Shown here: positions 42,621-53,031 of the stretch, piece by piece
Layout: each line of letters begins with the position of its first letter
Position numbering within the stretch: the first letter of the stretch is position 1
Assembly (NCBI GenBank): GCA_009784615.1
Contig: WRBJ01000005.1
Location: 4,775 to 68,774, forward strand
Reading direction: 5' to 3'
Source of the DNA: Defluviitaleaceae bacterium
GTDB taxonomy: Bacteria; Bacillota; Clostridia; Lachnospirales; WRAX01
DNA length: 64,000 nt
Program-made: the position numbers and the translations under genes
The notes under the pieces: generated by a model
Databases searched by the model: none
What the model saw: only the letters and a program-made list of their open reading frames with translations
Told to the model about the DNA's origin: nothing

Positions 42621-43313
42621 TTAAATTTTTTTTAACAATGCCAAAATCGCTAAATGGGCAGGATAAAATGCGTAAAATGCGTATTTTGCAAGTATGTGAT
42701 TAAAGCCTAGTTTTCCGCTATGCAATGCTATCAAAACGGCAGGAACAAGACAAAACAATATAAAAATTTGGTGGTCAAGATAGTTAAAAATTGCCCAAAG
42801 CATAATAATAACAACCATACGCCATTTGATGGCAGGATTTGCAAGATATAGCAAAAATATGAAGATAACGCCAAAAGCTCCGTAATCGCTGGAGATTAAC
42901 TCGGCAACCATTGCAAAAGGTGCCACAACTAAAGCCGCCACAATCTCCCAATTTGGACGTAAAAGTAGCCTATAAACAGCAATGGCCGCTACCGCCAAAG
43001 CTAATGCAAAGAAAATATTTGTGTCAGCTAAAAAATTAACTTCACCCGTCAAAGCAAGGTCATAAAAAAGCTCTGAAATAAGGGCAAAAATAACAAGACG
43101 CAAAGCATATTTGCCTATATTTTTTGTATACAAGCACCCTTGCGCAATTAAAAATGCAAATATTGGAAAAGCAATACGTCCCAAACCACGCAAAATTATA
43201 TACGACCAATAATTTTCGTCTGTAAATGGCACAAAAACCGCCGTAGAATGGTCGATTAACATAGAAATTATAGCAATAGTCTTTAATATAAAAACGCTCA
43301 TAATTTTTTTCAA
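42621..43313 (-). CDS. TraX-family membrane protein
   Basis: LKTIAIISMLIDHSTAVF N-terminus and polytopic membrane profile typical of TraX. Confidence 0.75.
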   Translation of the reverse strand: MKKIMSVFILKTIAIISMLIDHSTAVFVPFTDENYWSYIILRGLGRIAFPIFAFLIAQGCLYTKNIGKYALRLVIFALISELFYDLALTGEVNFLADTNIFFALALAVAAIAVYRLLLRPNWEIVAALVVAPFAMVAELISSDYGAFGVIFIFLLYLANPAIKWRMVVIIMLWAIFNYLDHQIFILFCLVPAVLIALHSGKLGFNHILAKYAFYAFYPAHLAILALLKKI

Positions 43314-43840
43314 ACTCCTATATTTAGGAAGGTAAATAGCATAGGTGCAATAAAAGTCTCATAAAAAGTAGCGATAACAACCGCAACCGCTCCAAAAACA
43401 ACCGCCCTCATCATCTTTTTGCGTTGTCGTTCAAAAATAATGCAAATAGTATACATTGCAACAAAAATAACAAGCGAGTTTTGCGGCAGAACCAAAACAA
43501 TAGCTGTCAAAACGCCGCCGCCGCCGAAAGCCCAAATCATCATAGCCGCAGAAAAAGCAGCCGTCATAGCCCGCAAATAAAGCAATAAATATGTAACTGC
43601 AAAAAACTTTGGCAAAAATGAGCAAGCCCATATCAAAATAAAAATATAACAGTGCCGAAAAAGGCTGGATAATAAACTGCCTGCGTCAACTTCATTAGCA
43701 TTGAAAAAAACCGAAAAATTGTTTAAATTAACCAAAAGTTCATCCATTGCTTCTGCGGGCAAAAAAGACGGTCGCAAAGCCCCAAACAAAACACCCGCCA
43801 AAACAGTACAAAACACCCAAAATTTTGGTTTTTTAAGCAA
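43310..43840 (-). CDS. spoIIM: stage II sporulation protein M-like membrane protein (TTG start)
   Basis: Polytopic, with the LPQN motif (VLVLPQNSLVIF). GGAGG lies 7 nt upstream of the TTG. Adjacent to the nudix gene, as in other Firmicutes. Confidence 0.55.
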   Translation of the reverse strand: MLKKPKFWVFCTVLAGVLFGALRPSFLPAEAMDELLVNLNNFSVFFNANEVDAGSLLSSLFRHCYIFILIWACSFLPKFFAVTYLLLYLRAMTAAFSAAMMIWAFGGGGVLTAIVLVLPQNSLVIFVAMYTICIIFERQRKKMMRAVVFGAVAVVIATFYETFIAPMLFTFLNIGV

Positions 43841-43897
43841 TTCTTTTCCTCCTTTGCAAAGCCCACATACAAGCCTATTCGCAAAGGTGAGTTTAAA

Positions 43898-44422
43898 TTA
43901 CTTTAATGCTTTATAAGCAAAAATTGCTAAAATCGTTTTACCATCAACAATATCACCATTTTGTATCATTTTTTCACACTCATCAACCGTGTATTTCTCG
44001 ATTGTAAGAAATTCATCAGGGTCAAGATTTTGCATACCTTGCGTAAAATCTTCTGCGATGAACAAATGCATCATTCCGCTACATATACCAATAGAGCCGT
44101 GATAGGCGCAGACTTTCGTCAGAACATTGGCTTTTAATCCAATTTCTTCTTCAAGCTCTCGCAAAGCGCATTGTTCGGGGGTTTCATTGCCATCAAAAAC
44201 CCCCGCAGGCACCTCAAGCACCAAACGCCGCACGCTATGCCTATATTGCCGCACCAAAAAGATACCGCCGTCATCATCAATGGGCAAAACAACGGCGGCA
44301 TCACGGTTATGCACGGTTTCTCGCACGCTCATCTTGCCATTTGGTAACAAAATTTCATCAACAGTAACCCGCATAACACGTCCATTGAAGACTTCCTGCG
44401 AGCTTATTGTCTTATAATCCAT
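43898..44422 (-). CDS. nudF: NUDIX hydrolase, ADP-ribose pyrophosphatase-like
   Basis: Nudix box GVFDGNETPEQCALRELEEEIGL. MDYKTISSQEVFNGRV start. Confidence 0.85.
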   Translation of the reverse strand: MDYKTISSQEVFNGRVMRVTVDEILLPNGKMSVRETVHNRDAAVVLPIDDDGGIFLVRQYRHSVRRLVLEVPAGVFDGNETPEQCALRELEEEIGLKANVLTKVCAYHGSIGICSGMMHLFIAEDFTQGMQNLDPDEFLTIEKYTVDECEKMIQNGDIVDGKTILAIFAYKALK

Positions 44423-44423
44423 A

Positions 44424-45761
44424 TTAAAACTCCGCATTATTAGGCGTACGAGGGAAGGGGATAACATCCCTAATATTCGTCATACCCGTAATATACATAA
44501 TAAAACGCTCGAAGCCAAGTCCAAATCCGCTATGCTTTGCCCCGCCGAAACGGCGCAAATCTAAATACCATTGCAAGCCTTCTTGGTGAATGTTATTATC
44601 TTCCATAGCCTTAATAAGCTCGTCGATACGTTCTTCACGCTGGCTACCACCAACAATTTCACCAATACCAGGCGCAAGCAAATCGCAAGCCGCCACAGTT
44701 TTTCCGTCATCATTGCGGCGCATATAAAATGCCTTAATATCCTTTGGATAATCCGTTACAAATACAGGCTTTTTAAATAATTCTTCGCTAATATAACGCT
44801 CGTGCTCTGATTGTAAATCACTACCCCATTTAACGGGGTAATCAAATTTTTTGCCGCTGTTTTGCAAGGCTTCAATAGCTTCTGTGTAAGTGATGCGACC
44901 GAAGTCAGACTCTATCACATTTTTCAAACGGTCAATAAGCCCCGGCTCGATAAATTTATCAAAAAACGCCACATCTTCGGGTGCTTGCTCCATACAAAAT
45001 TTTGTTACAAACTTTATCATATCCTCGACCAATTCCATCATATCGCCAAGCTCTGCAAAAGCCATTTCCGGCTCTAACATCCAAAATTCTGCCAAGTGGC
45101 GTGATGTGTTAGAGTTCTCTGCTCTAAAAGTAGGACCAAATGTATAAACATCGCCAAAAGCCAGCGCATAGGCTTCTGCATTTAATTGCCCCGTAACCGT
45201 AAGGCTTGCGGGCTTGCCAAAAAATTCCTTATTCTCAAGTGCAAACATTTCGCCTGCACCTTCGGCATCAAGCGCAGTTATCAAAGGCGAATGTACATAT
45301 ATAAAACCACGCTCGTTAAAAAACTTATGCAAACCAAATGCCGCAAGCGACCTCATTCTAAAAACAGCCGAAAATGTGTTTGTGCGTGGGCGCAAATGGG
45401 CAATTTCACGCAAATATTCAAAACCGTGACGCTTTTTTTGCAGTGGATATTCTGGCGGAGCAATACCTTCAAGTATTATAGAATTTGCTTTAATTTCAAC
45501 ACTTTGCCCCTTGCCTTGGCTCTCTATTAATGTGCCGACAACGGTAATTGCAGAACCCACGCCAAATTTTGCAACTTCTGCAAAATTCTCTATTTCCTCC
45601 GTAAACACAATTTGTATCGATTTAAAATAACTACCATCGTTAAGCTCGATAAACCCAAAATGATTATTATCACGCAAAGTACGTACCCAGCCGCTTACCT
45701 TAACATCCTTGCCCAAAAAATCCTGCGAATCCGCAAAAATCTGCGCAATTTTTGTTCTCAT
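44424..45761 (-). CDS. asnS: asparagine--tRNA ligase
   Basis: Class II motifs FRAENS and [11 protein letters not shown]-fold N-terminus ([11 protein letters not shown]). AGGAG RBS upstream of ATG 45761. Confidence 0.93.
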   Translation of the reverse strand: MRTKIAQIFADSQDFLGKDVKVSGWVRTLRDNNHFGFIELNDGSYFKSIQIVFTEEIENFAEVAKFGVGSAITVVGTLIESQGKGQSVEIKANSIILEGIAPPEYPLQKKRHGFEYLREIAHLRPRTNTFSAVFRMRSLAAFGLHKFFNERGFIYVHSPLITALDAEGAGEMFALENKEFFGKPASLTVTGQLNAEAYALAFGDVYTFGPTFRAENSNTSRHLAEFWMLEPEMAFAELGDMMELVEDMIKFVTKFCMEQAPEDVAFFDKFIEPGLIDRLKNVIESDFGRITYTEAIEALQNSGKKFDYPVKWGSDLQSEHERYISEELFKKPVFVTDYPKDIKAFYMRRNDDGKTVAACDLLAPGIGEIVGGSQREERIDELIKAMEDNNIHQEGLQWYLDLRRFGGAKHSGFGLGFERFIMYITGMTNIRDVIPFPRTPNNAEF

Positions 45762-45884
45762 CAAATCACTCCTCGTTTGTTTTCGTTCCATTATACTCCA
45801 TCTTGTACAATTTTTCAATAATTATTTACGCCGTGCGAAAAATATGCTATAATCGAAAAAACACGAACTTAAAGGGGAAAAATA

Positions 45885-46583
45885 ATGATATTAAATTACA
45901 ACAGTTTTCTGGATGTTTTGCTTGATGCAGGATTTTCAATGGGTGGCGGCAATGATGACGGCATATATGCAATTATAAATTGGGGATGGAACGAAGCCGC
46001 ACCATATAAAACGCCCATTGTTTGGCATTGCGGCGACCCAGATATTGACCCGTGGGAATGGCGTATGCGTGTATTGCACGAGCATAACGACATAGCCTAT
46101 GCCAAGCTATTTTTCAAAAAAAGCGGTTTTATAACCCGCAAATGGTATCCATATTTTCTGGCGGTTCGTCGGCCATTGGGCTTAGATTTTGACGAAGCCT
46201 ATGAAAGCGGCATAATAAGCCACGCCGCAAAGCGCATTTATACCGAAGTTGCAACAAACGGTATGATGCCAACGCACGAAATGAAAAAAGCGGCAGGTTT
46301 TGGAAGCGACGAAAAATCCATCTTCGACAAAGCATTAACAGAATTGCAAATGGGAATGTTTTTAACAATGTGCGGCAAAGCCTATAAATCTACAAAACAA
46401 ATGGACAACAACAACGCTTGGGCTTCTACCGTGCTTTGCACCACCGAAACCTTCTTCCCCGAAGCCTTCGCAGAAGCCGAAAAAATAGACAAAGCAACCG
46501 CAATAGAAACCATAAAATCACAAATATTAACCTTAAATCCAAATGCTACTGACAAAAAAATCCAAAAATTTATTACAGGATGA
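45885..46583 (+). CDS. hypothetical protein, possibly AlkZ-related (winged-helix DNA-binding/glycosylase-like)
   Basis: CGDPDIDPWEWRMRVL and IAYAKLFFKKSGFITRKWYPYF resemble my memory of proteins annotated as AlkZ-related. Weak evidence. Confidence 0.3.
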   Translation: MILNYNSFLDVLLDAGFSMGGGNDDGIYAIINWGWNEAAPYKTPIVWHCGDPDIDPWEWRMRVLHEHNDIAYAKLFFKKSGFITRKWYPYFLAVRRPLGLDFDEAYESGIISHAAKRIYTEVATNGMMPTHEMKKAAGFGSDEKSIFDKALTELQMGMFLTMCGKAYKSTKQMDNNNAWASTVLCTTETFFPEAFAEAEKIDKATAIETIKSQILTLNPNATDKKIQKFITG

Positions 46584-46587
46584 TAAT

Positions 46588-47475
46588 ATGGAGTTTCCCA
46601 CAATCCCTGCAAAATCAATTGTTTATAAGACAAAAGCCGCAGACCAATGGTTTGGGCTTGATTATAATATGAACATTTACCGTGGCTGCTCTCACGGCTG
46701 TATTTATTGCGACAGCCGAAGCGATTGTTACCAAAACCCTGATTTTGACACGGTTTATGTTAAAGAAAACACTCTGCAAATAATCCGTAACGACCTACGC
46801 CGCAAAGCAAAAAAGGGCGTTATAGGCTCGGGAGCAATGAGTGACCCTTACAACCCAATAGAAGCCAAGCTAAGCCTAACCCGCAATGCGCTGGAACTAA
46901 TAAACGCATTCGGCTTTGGCGTGTCGCTAACAACAAAATCTGCTCTAATCGCCCGTGATACCGACGTTTTGGCAGATGTTGCCGACCATTCGCCTGTTAT
47001 CGCAAAATTCTCAATAACCGCCGCTGATGATAAACTATGTAAAATTATAGAACCAAATGTTTCGCCGACATCAAAACGCCTAGAAGCCCTGCAAACCCTA
47101 GCAAACGCAGGTATTTTCTGTGGAGTGCTAATTGTACCCGTTCTACCATTTATAACCGACAACGAAGAAAATATAATACAAATCCTGCGTCGAGCAAAAG
47201 AAGTGGGCGCAAAATTTGCATACAGCTATATGGGTATGACTTTGCGAAATGGAAACAGAGAATATTTTTACGACAAACTTGACAAATCTCTGCCAGGTAT
47301 AAGTGAAAAATACACAAAACGCTATGGCTACCGTTACAATATCCCATCGCCAAATTACAAACGACTTTGGACAATTTACGAGCAAGAATGTAACCGCCTA
47401 GGTCTTTTGCACGATATGAAGGCGATAATATACAATTATAAAGCGGGATACAACAAACAACAAACACTGTTTTAG
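46588..47475 (+). CDS. radical SAM protein of the SplB / DNA-repair-photolyase-like group (COG1533)
   Basis: CSHGCIYC (CxxxCxxC) motif near the N-terminus. About 295 aa. ATG 46588 lies 5 nt after the upstream stop. Confidence 0.7.
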   Translation: MEFPTIPAKSIVYKTKAADQWFGLDYNMNIYRGCSHGCIYCDSRSDCYQNPDFDTVYVKENTLQIIRNDLRRKAKKGVIGSGAMSDPYNPIEAKLSLTRNALELINAFGFGVSLTTKSALIARDTDVLADVADHSPVIAKFSITAADDKLCKIIEPNVSPTSKRLEALQTLANAGIFCGVLIVPVLPFITDNEENIIQILRRAKEVGAKFAYSYMGMTLRNGNREYFYDKLDKSLPGISEKYTKRYGYRYNIPSPNYKRLWTIYEQECNRLGLLHDMKAIIYNYKAGYNKQQTLF

Positions 47476-47492
47476 CTAATATTATGCTGTGC

Positions 47493-47522
47493 TTGACACA
47501 ATATCTCTTAATATGGTATAAT
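47493..47522 (+). promoter_or_regulatory. sigma-A-type promoter (TTGACA-18 bp-TATAAT)
   Basis: TTGACA at 47493-47498 and TATAAT at 47517-47522, followed by AAAGGAGGAGG and TTG 47551. Confidence 0.6.
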
Positions 47523-47550
47523 ACTTAGTTAGCAAAGGAGGAGGATATTT

Positions 47551-48828
47551 TTGAATAAAAAAGCCGATAATCTTGGCATTTTCTGCGATACAGCTTTGGA
47601 TAGGTATATGAATCGTTTTGGGCTTAATACAAGCGTTTTGGGTGTTATGAACATCATTTTTGCCGCATTTATTGTGGGCTTATCTTTTTTGGGCTTCGGT
47701 GTTATACAGCCAGCTTTACCCAGTTTTACAGACGGCAATCAGCTTGTTGATGGTATATACTTTTTTGTGATTTTTATGGCGGTTGCGGCGTTTTTTATCG
47801 CTTTTTTTTCAATGGCGTCATCAGCAGGCGTAATTGCCGCCAATGCCGCCCCAGAAGGGACGGGATTGGCAAAAACGCTAAGGGCAATATTGCGCAGAAC
47901 TCTTGGCATATTAAGCCTTACCATTGCACAATCGTTTGCATATCTCTTGTTTTTTGCAGTTTTAATAGCAATTGCGGTGATAAATTTTACTAGCATACTT
48001 ACCTTGCTTCCCTATTTATTGGCAATTTCTTTATTAATAATTATATTATTGCGTACCTTTACGTTTTTCTCAGTTAATCTTGTGGTATTAGAAAAAAAAT
48101 ATTTTTTCAGCGCAATTTTTGCAAGTGCAAAACTCGTTTTCAAGCGTGGATTTACCAGAATTTTCATTATCTCGACATTTATAACAATAATACAAGTCGT
48201 CGCTTTTTTTGGTATTTTTTTACTACTACACCATATCTTTTCACCTTGGGCATTAATACATCAAATGAATCTTGTAGACCCGCTATTTTACGTACTTCTA
48301 GGCATTTCGTACATAATTATGTCATTTTTTGCGCCACGTCTAAATCTTGTCGCCCTTAGTTTCCATTATCCGACAAAACACAGCTCAAAAACTGCAGGGC
48401 TGGGTAGCCGAACTCTTGCCATTTTTTTAGACCTAACTATCCCAATTGCTGTTTCGTTGCTAATTTACCTAATTTTTGCCATTATAACAGGACAAACTTT
48501 TGGTGCAGATTATGTTAATTTCGGCGTAATAATCATTTTCGCAACAGCGTTTTTCGTAGTATTTTGCGCATATAATATTTACTTTGAAGTGTTTGAAAAT
48601 GGTCAAACCCTAGGAAAACGCCTTATGTCTTTGCGTGTGGTAAACGAAAATGACGAACCTATAACATTGCTAAAATCTACGTTAAGAAATTTGCTACGTA
48701 TCGTAGATGTTGTTAGTTTTATTTTGATACTAATAAATAAAAAGCATCACCGTCTAGGCGACGTTTTATCTGTTACAAAGGTTATTAGAGTGGATGATAA
48801 TAAAAATGAGGATGATACAGATGTATAA
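47551..48828 (+). CDS. polytopic membrane protein with a C-terminal RDD domain
   Basis: Multiple TM helices. The C-terminal GQTLGKRLMSLRVV...LRNLLRIVD matches the RDD family. Confidence 0.65.
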   Translation: MNKKADNLGIFCDTALDRYMNRFGLNTSVLGVMNIIFAAFIVGLSFLGFGVIQPALPSFTDGNQLVDGIYFFVIFMAVAAFFIAFFSMASSAGVIAANAAPEGTGLAKTLRAILRRTLGILSLTIAQSFAYLLFFAVLIAIAVINFTSILTLLPYLLAISLLIIILLRTFTFFSVNLVVLEKKYFFSAIFASAKLVFKRGFTRIFIISTFITIIQVVAFFGIFLLLHHIFSPWALIHQMNLVDPLFYVLLGISYIIMSFFAPRLNLVALSFHYPTKHSSKTAGLGSRTLAIFLDLTIPIAVSLLIYLIFAIITGQTFGADYVNFGVIIIFATAFFVVFCAYNIYFEVFENGQTLGKRLMSLRVVNENDEPITLLKSTLRNLLRIVDVVSFILILINKKHHRLGDVLSVTKVIRVDDNKNEDDTDV

Positions 48829-50581
48829 TGATGAAATATTATTGAGGGTGGATAAGCCCGCCCGCTATGTCGGCAACGAAATTAATATGATGCGTAAAGA
48901 GTTAAACGGTTCGCAAGCCCGCTTTGCTTTCGCCTTTCCTGATGTTTACGAAGTAGGAATGAGCCATAACGGACTGCAAATCTTATATGGACTATTTAAC
49001 CGCCGTGATGATGTATATTGCGAGCGGGTTTTTGCACCTTGGACAGATATGGAAGCAATAATGCGTGACAAAAAATTACCACTTTGTACGCTAGAAACAT
49101 ACACACCCTTATCAAATTTTAACTTCATAGGGTTTACATTGCAATACGAAATGACATATACAAACATCCTTAATATGCTAGATTTAGCAGGTATTCCGCT
49201 ACATTCTGCTAACCGTAGTGACAGTCATCCAATAATTTGCGCAGGCGGTCCTTGTGCAGTTAATCCAGAACCTTTGGCAGAATTTATCGACTTTTTCTTC
49301 ATTGGTGAAGCAGAAGAACAATTTGACAATGTTTTTGATATTTATAACCAAATGAAAGGCGAAAACTTCAACAAACAAGCATTTTTGGAGCGTATCGCAA
49401 CACTAGATGGCATTTATGTCCCAAGTTTTTACGATGTTATATATAACGAAAACGGAACTATTGCTGATTTTAAGCCAAATAATCCCGTTGCGCCCGCAAA
49501 AATAAAAAAAGTAATCGTAAAAAATATGGATAATGTATATTATCCAGAAAAAACGCTTGTTCCACTAATTGACGTTGTTCACAACCGTGTTGCGCTTGAA
49601 ATCTTCCGTGGTTGCATACGTGGTTGCCGCTTTTGTCAAGCAGGCTTTATTTACCGCCCACATCGCATAAAAACCGTCGAAACCCTGTATAACCAAGCCA
49701 AATGTCTAATACAAGCCACAGGACACGACGATATTTCGTTGCTTTCTCTTGCTACAAACGATTACCCTCATTTAGAAGAGCTTGTGGATAAGTTGAACAA
49801 CAGCTTCGCAGATGATAATGTCAACATTTCCTTGCCATCACTACGCATTGATGCCGCTAATCAACGCATACTCGAAAAAGTACAAAAGGTCCGTAAATCC
49901 AGCCTCACCTTCGCACCAGAAGGCGGAAGCCAGCGTATGCGTGATATCATCAACAAAAATATAAGCGAACAAGACATCTTCGACGGCGCAAGATTAGCTT
50001 TCCAAGGTGGTTGGGACAGGCTAAAACTCTATTTCATAATAGGCTTACCACACGAAATAGATGAAGATTTAACGGCAATCGGCAAACTAGCCAGCGATAT
50101 TGTAGAAATTTATTACAGCCTGCCAAAGGAAAACCGACGCAGGCCGCCCGGTATCACGGTTTCCACGTCTTGTTTCATCCCAAAACCACATACGCCCTTC
50201 CAATGGCACCCACAACACAATGCGCAAGACTTTATGGACAAACAACGCCTCGTCAAATCAAATATGAAATCAAAACGAGCAAGCTATAAATACCACGATG
50301 CAGACACTTCCGTAATCGAAGGCACACTAAGCCGTGGCGACAGGCGCATTGGCTCATTAATCGAACAAGCGTGGCGGCTAGGTGCACGTTTTGATAGCTG
50401 GAGCGAGCATTTCAACTGGCAAATCTGGCAACAAGCCTTTGAAAATACAGGTCTAACCCTAGATTTTTACAATTACCGCAACCGTTCATATGACGAAATT
50501 TTGCCATGGGATTTTGTCGACGTGTATGTTTCAAAAGACTATCTAATTAAGGAGAGCGAAAATGCTAGACCCAAAAACTAA
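48821..50581 (+). CDS. B12-binding-domain radical SAM protein (TIGR03960-like, function unknown)
   Basis: MYNDEILLRVDKPARYVGNE start and CIRGCRFCQAG motif. Overlaps the RDD gene by 8 nt. Confidence 0.8.
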   Translation: MYNDEILLRVDKPARYVGNEINMMRKELNGSQARFAFAFPDVYEVGMSHNGLQILYGLFNRRDDVYCERVFAPWTDMEAIMRDKKLPLCTLETYTPLSNFNFIGFTLQYEMTYTNILNMLDLAGIPLHSANRSDSHPIICAGGPCAVNPEPLAEFIDFFFIGEAEEQFDNVFDIYNQMKGENFNKQAFLERIATLDGIYVPSFYDVIYNENGTIADFKPNNPVAPAKIKKVIVKNMDNVYYPEKTLVPLIDVVHNRVALEIFRGCIRGCRFCQAGFIYRPHRIKTVETLYNQAKCLIQATGHDDISLLSLATNDYPHLEELVDKLNNSFADDNVNISLPSLRIDAANQRILEKVQKVRKSSLTFAPEGGSQRMRDIINKNISEQDIFDGARLAFQGGWDRLKLYFIIGLPHEIDEDLTAIGKLASDIVEIYYSLPKENRRRPPGITVSTSCFIPKPHTPFQWHPQHNAQDFMDKQRLVKSNMKSKRASYKYHDADTSVIEGTLSRGDRRIGSLIEQAWRLGARFDSWSEHFNWQIWQQAFENTGLTLDFYNYRNRSYDEILPWDFVDVYVSKDYLIKESENARPKN

Positions 50582-51167
50582 TTACTATAGATACAGAATT
50601 TTTTACAGCAAAACAGGCTCATCACGCTTTATAGGACATCTTGATTTGCAGAGCTTTTTTAACAAGGCTTTCAAGCGTGCAAATCTGCCCGTAGCGTATT
50701 CTCAAGGTTTTAATCCACACCAGCTACTATCCATAGCCTTGCCGCTTTCAATGGGAATGTCAGGAAAAAACGAGATTGCCGAGATATATCTAACATTAGA
50801 AATTGATACTAAAATCTTAGTAGAAAAACTAAATAAACAAATGCCGCAAGGTATGGAAATTTTAAACGCAGAACTTGTGCCTTCGGTGGGCAAATCCGCT
50901 GCAGGATTGGTTAATGCCGCAAAATACCTAATTCGCTTCCCATCAACCAAATTCGACGAAAATATAATAAAATCATTAGAAACTACCGATTTTGCCGACA
51001 AAATTATCAAAATTCAAATACAAGATGATATAATTGCCGCCACATTATACGCAGGAAGTGCAAAAAATTTAAAACCACAAGTATTAGCGCAATATATAAT
51101 AGACAGCCTAAACCTTGACATAGAGCCAAAAGATATAGGTTACGAAAGGACACAAATTTTAATATGA
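50562..51167 (+). CDS. radical SAM-associated protein (TIGR03936/DUF2344-like)
   Basis: YRIFYSKTGSSRFIGHLDL and QGFNPH motifs. Overlaps both neighbouring genes. Confidence 0.75.
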   Translation: MLDPKTNYYRYRIFYSKTGSSRFIGHLDLQSFFNKAFKRANLPVAYSQGFNPHQLLSIALPLSMGMSGKNEIAEIYLTLEIDTKILVEKLNKQMPQGMEILNAELVPSVGKSAAGLVNAAKYLIRFPSTKFDENIIKSLETTDFADKIIKIQIQDDIIAATLYAGSAKNLKPQVLAQYIIDSLNLDIEPKDIGYERTQILI

Positions 51168-52324
51168 AAAAAATTTTAATATCAAAGTCAAGCCAAGGCA
51201 CAACTGCTGTTTTAATAGAAAATGGAAAATTGCTAGAATTATTGCAGGACACAAGCGAGGCTTCTTTGGCAGGTAATATCTATTTAGGCGTAGTAAAAAA
51301 ATTAACAGGTGGCTTTATTTTTCTCGACATAGGCGAGGACAAACAAGCATTTTTAGATATGCGCGACGGCAGAGAACGCCGCCATTTTCCTCAAGGTGCG
51401 CCACCACCAATGCTCGGCACAACTATGCTCGTGCAAGTCTTAAAAGATGCTGTAGGTACGAAAGGCCCCAATGTAACATCGTCGGTAAATTATGCAGGTC
51501 GTTATATTATGATACACGAATCCCTTGATGCAGATAGAATAAATTGTAGCAAAAAAATAGTAGACTATGACGAGATTAAGCGATTAAAAAGAGCTGCAAA
51601 TAACGCTTTGCCGCCTGCATTTTCCGCTATTGTACGCACCTCTGCAGAGGGCAAATCTGAAGATATAATTGTAAATGAAATAAAGCAACTTCTAGCTCGT
51701 TGGGAAGCAGATAATGAAAAGCAAAAAAACCGAGCTCCAGCAACGCTTTGGGCGCAATCCACCACCACTAAAACCATAATGGAAATGATACGTGAAGACA
51801 TCGACCAAATAATTGTAGATTCTCTTGAAGTTTTCAATGTGATAAAATCCGAATTTATCCCGCTTTACCCTGATTTTTCCGACAAAATCATCCTTTATAC
51901 AGACGAAGAATCCATCTTTGCCGCAAATTTCATCAAAACCCAAATCGAAAAACTCCACGAAAAGCGTGTATGGCTACGCTCTGGCGGTTTCATTGTTATA
52001 GAACAAACCGAAGCGTGCGTTGTTGTAGATGCAAACACTGGCAAACAAAAATCCAAGGGAGGTGAGGCGGCAAAACTAGCCTTAAATATGGAAGCCGCCG
52101 CAGAAATCGCTTATCAACTACGCCTTCGCAACCTATCAGGCATAATTATAATAGACTTTTTGCGCCTGCAATCCAAAGCAGAAATGCATAAACTGCTAGA
52201 ATTTTTTGAGCTAGAACTCCACAAAGACCGTATTCCCGCACTTTTGGTTGGTACAACTACGTTGGGCTTAGTCGAAATAACCCGCAAACGTGTACGTAAG
52301 CCATTACAGCCCACGAAATTCTAA
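51164..52324 (+). CDS. rng: RNase E/G-family ribonuclease (short form, 386 aa)
   Basis: S1-like GNIYLGVVKKLTGGFIFLDIG, catalytic-region VVVDANTGK and IIIDFL, and C-terminal GLVEITRKR. Confidence 0.85.
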   Translation: MKKILISKSSQGTTAVLIENGKLLELLQDTSEASLAGNIYLGVVKKLTGGFIFLDIGEDKQAFLDMRDGRERRHFPQGAPPPMLGTTMLVQVLKDAVGTKGPNVTSSVNYAGRYIMIHESLDADRINCSKKIVDYDEIKRLKRAANNALPPAFSAIVRTSAEGKSEDIIVNEIKQLLARWEADNEKQKNRAPATLWAQSTTTKTIMEMIREDIDQIIVDSLEVFNVIKSEFIPLYPDFSDKIILYTDEESIFAANFIKTQIEKLHEKRVWLRSGGFIVIEQTEACVVVDANTGKQKSKGGEAAKLALNMEAAAEIAYQLRLRNLSGIIIIDFLRLQSKAEMHKLLEFFELELHKDRIPALLVGTTTLGLVEITRKRVRKPLQPTKF

Positions 52325-52335
52325 AGGAGCATAAA

Positions 52336-53031
52336 ATGTACGACATTGCCTTGAATTATTTGGAACAAAACAAATTGTTGCATATGGATATGATTGTGCC
52401 AATAAAAAGAAATACCGCACAAATTATACTTGCTTCTGCTGAGGGTGTTTGTCTAAAAGATATACAAAGCGGAGCATACTTTCATTCCGCCGCAAATCAC
52501 AAAACAGGCAAAACAATGCTTGAAAATCTTCCGCAAAACGGACTATTTTCGTTCCATCAATCCTTTATGTTAGAAGATTTTGTATCAAAAGTGCATCATA
52601 AGACTATGATGAAAAACCATCAAGCGGTATATTTTTCAAAGAAGCCTTTTGAAATTTGCAGTAATTTGTCAATAAAACCTATGCAAATGAAGGACTTTGA
52701 CACCTTAATGGCTAATTATGATTTTGACCTTGGTAGAGAGTATCTGATAGGGCGAATTAATGCGGGCGAAGTTTTTGGAGGATATATAAATGGTGATTTA
52801 ATAGGTTTTGCGGGTATACACGAAGAAGGCAGTGTCGGATTGTTAAAAGTATTAGAACAATTTCGCTCTAAAGGATATGCAATAGCACTTGCGAGCTATG
52901 TGGCAAATCACCAGCTTTCGCAAGGCATTACGCCGTTTATACAAATAAGCATAGAAAACAAACCATCTCAAGCTCTTGCGAAAAAACTAGGCTTCACAAT
53001 TTCAAAAGAACACATATATTGGTTATTTTAA
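52336..53031 (+). CDS. GNAT-family acetyltransferase
   Basis: The C-terminal half has the GNAT core (GLLKVLEQFRSKGYAIALAS...ALAKKLGF). Confidence 0.55.
   Translation: MYDIALNYLEQNKLLHMDMIVPIKRNTAQIILASAEGVCLKDIQSGAYFHSAANHKTGKTMLENLPQNGLFSFHQSFMLEDFVSKVHHKTMMKNHQAVYFSKKPFEICSNLSIKPMQMKDFDTLMANYDFDLGREYLIGRINAGEVFGGYINGDLIGFAGIHEEGSVGLLKVLEQFRSKGYAIALASYVANHQLSQGITPFIQISIENKPSQALAKKLGFTISKEHIYWLF

Noticed and set aside
45762-45884. Looked for a T-box leader upstream of asnS
   Set aside because: Only about 120 nt are available, shared with a divergent promoter. There is no specifier or T-box (AGGGTGGNACCGCG-like) sequence.
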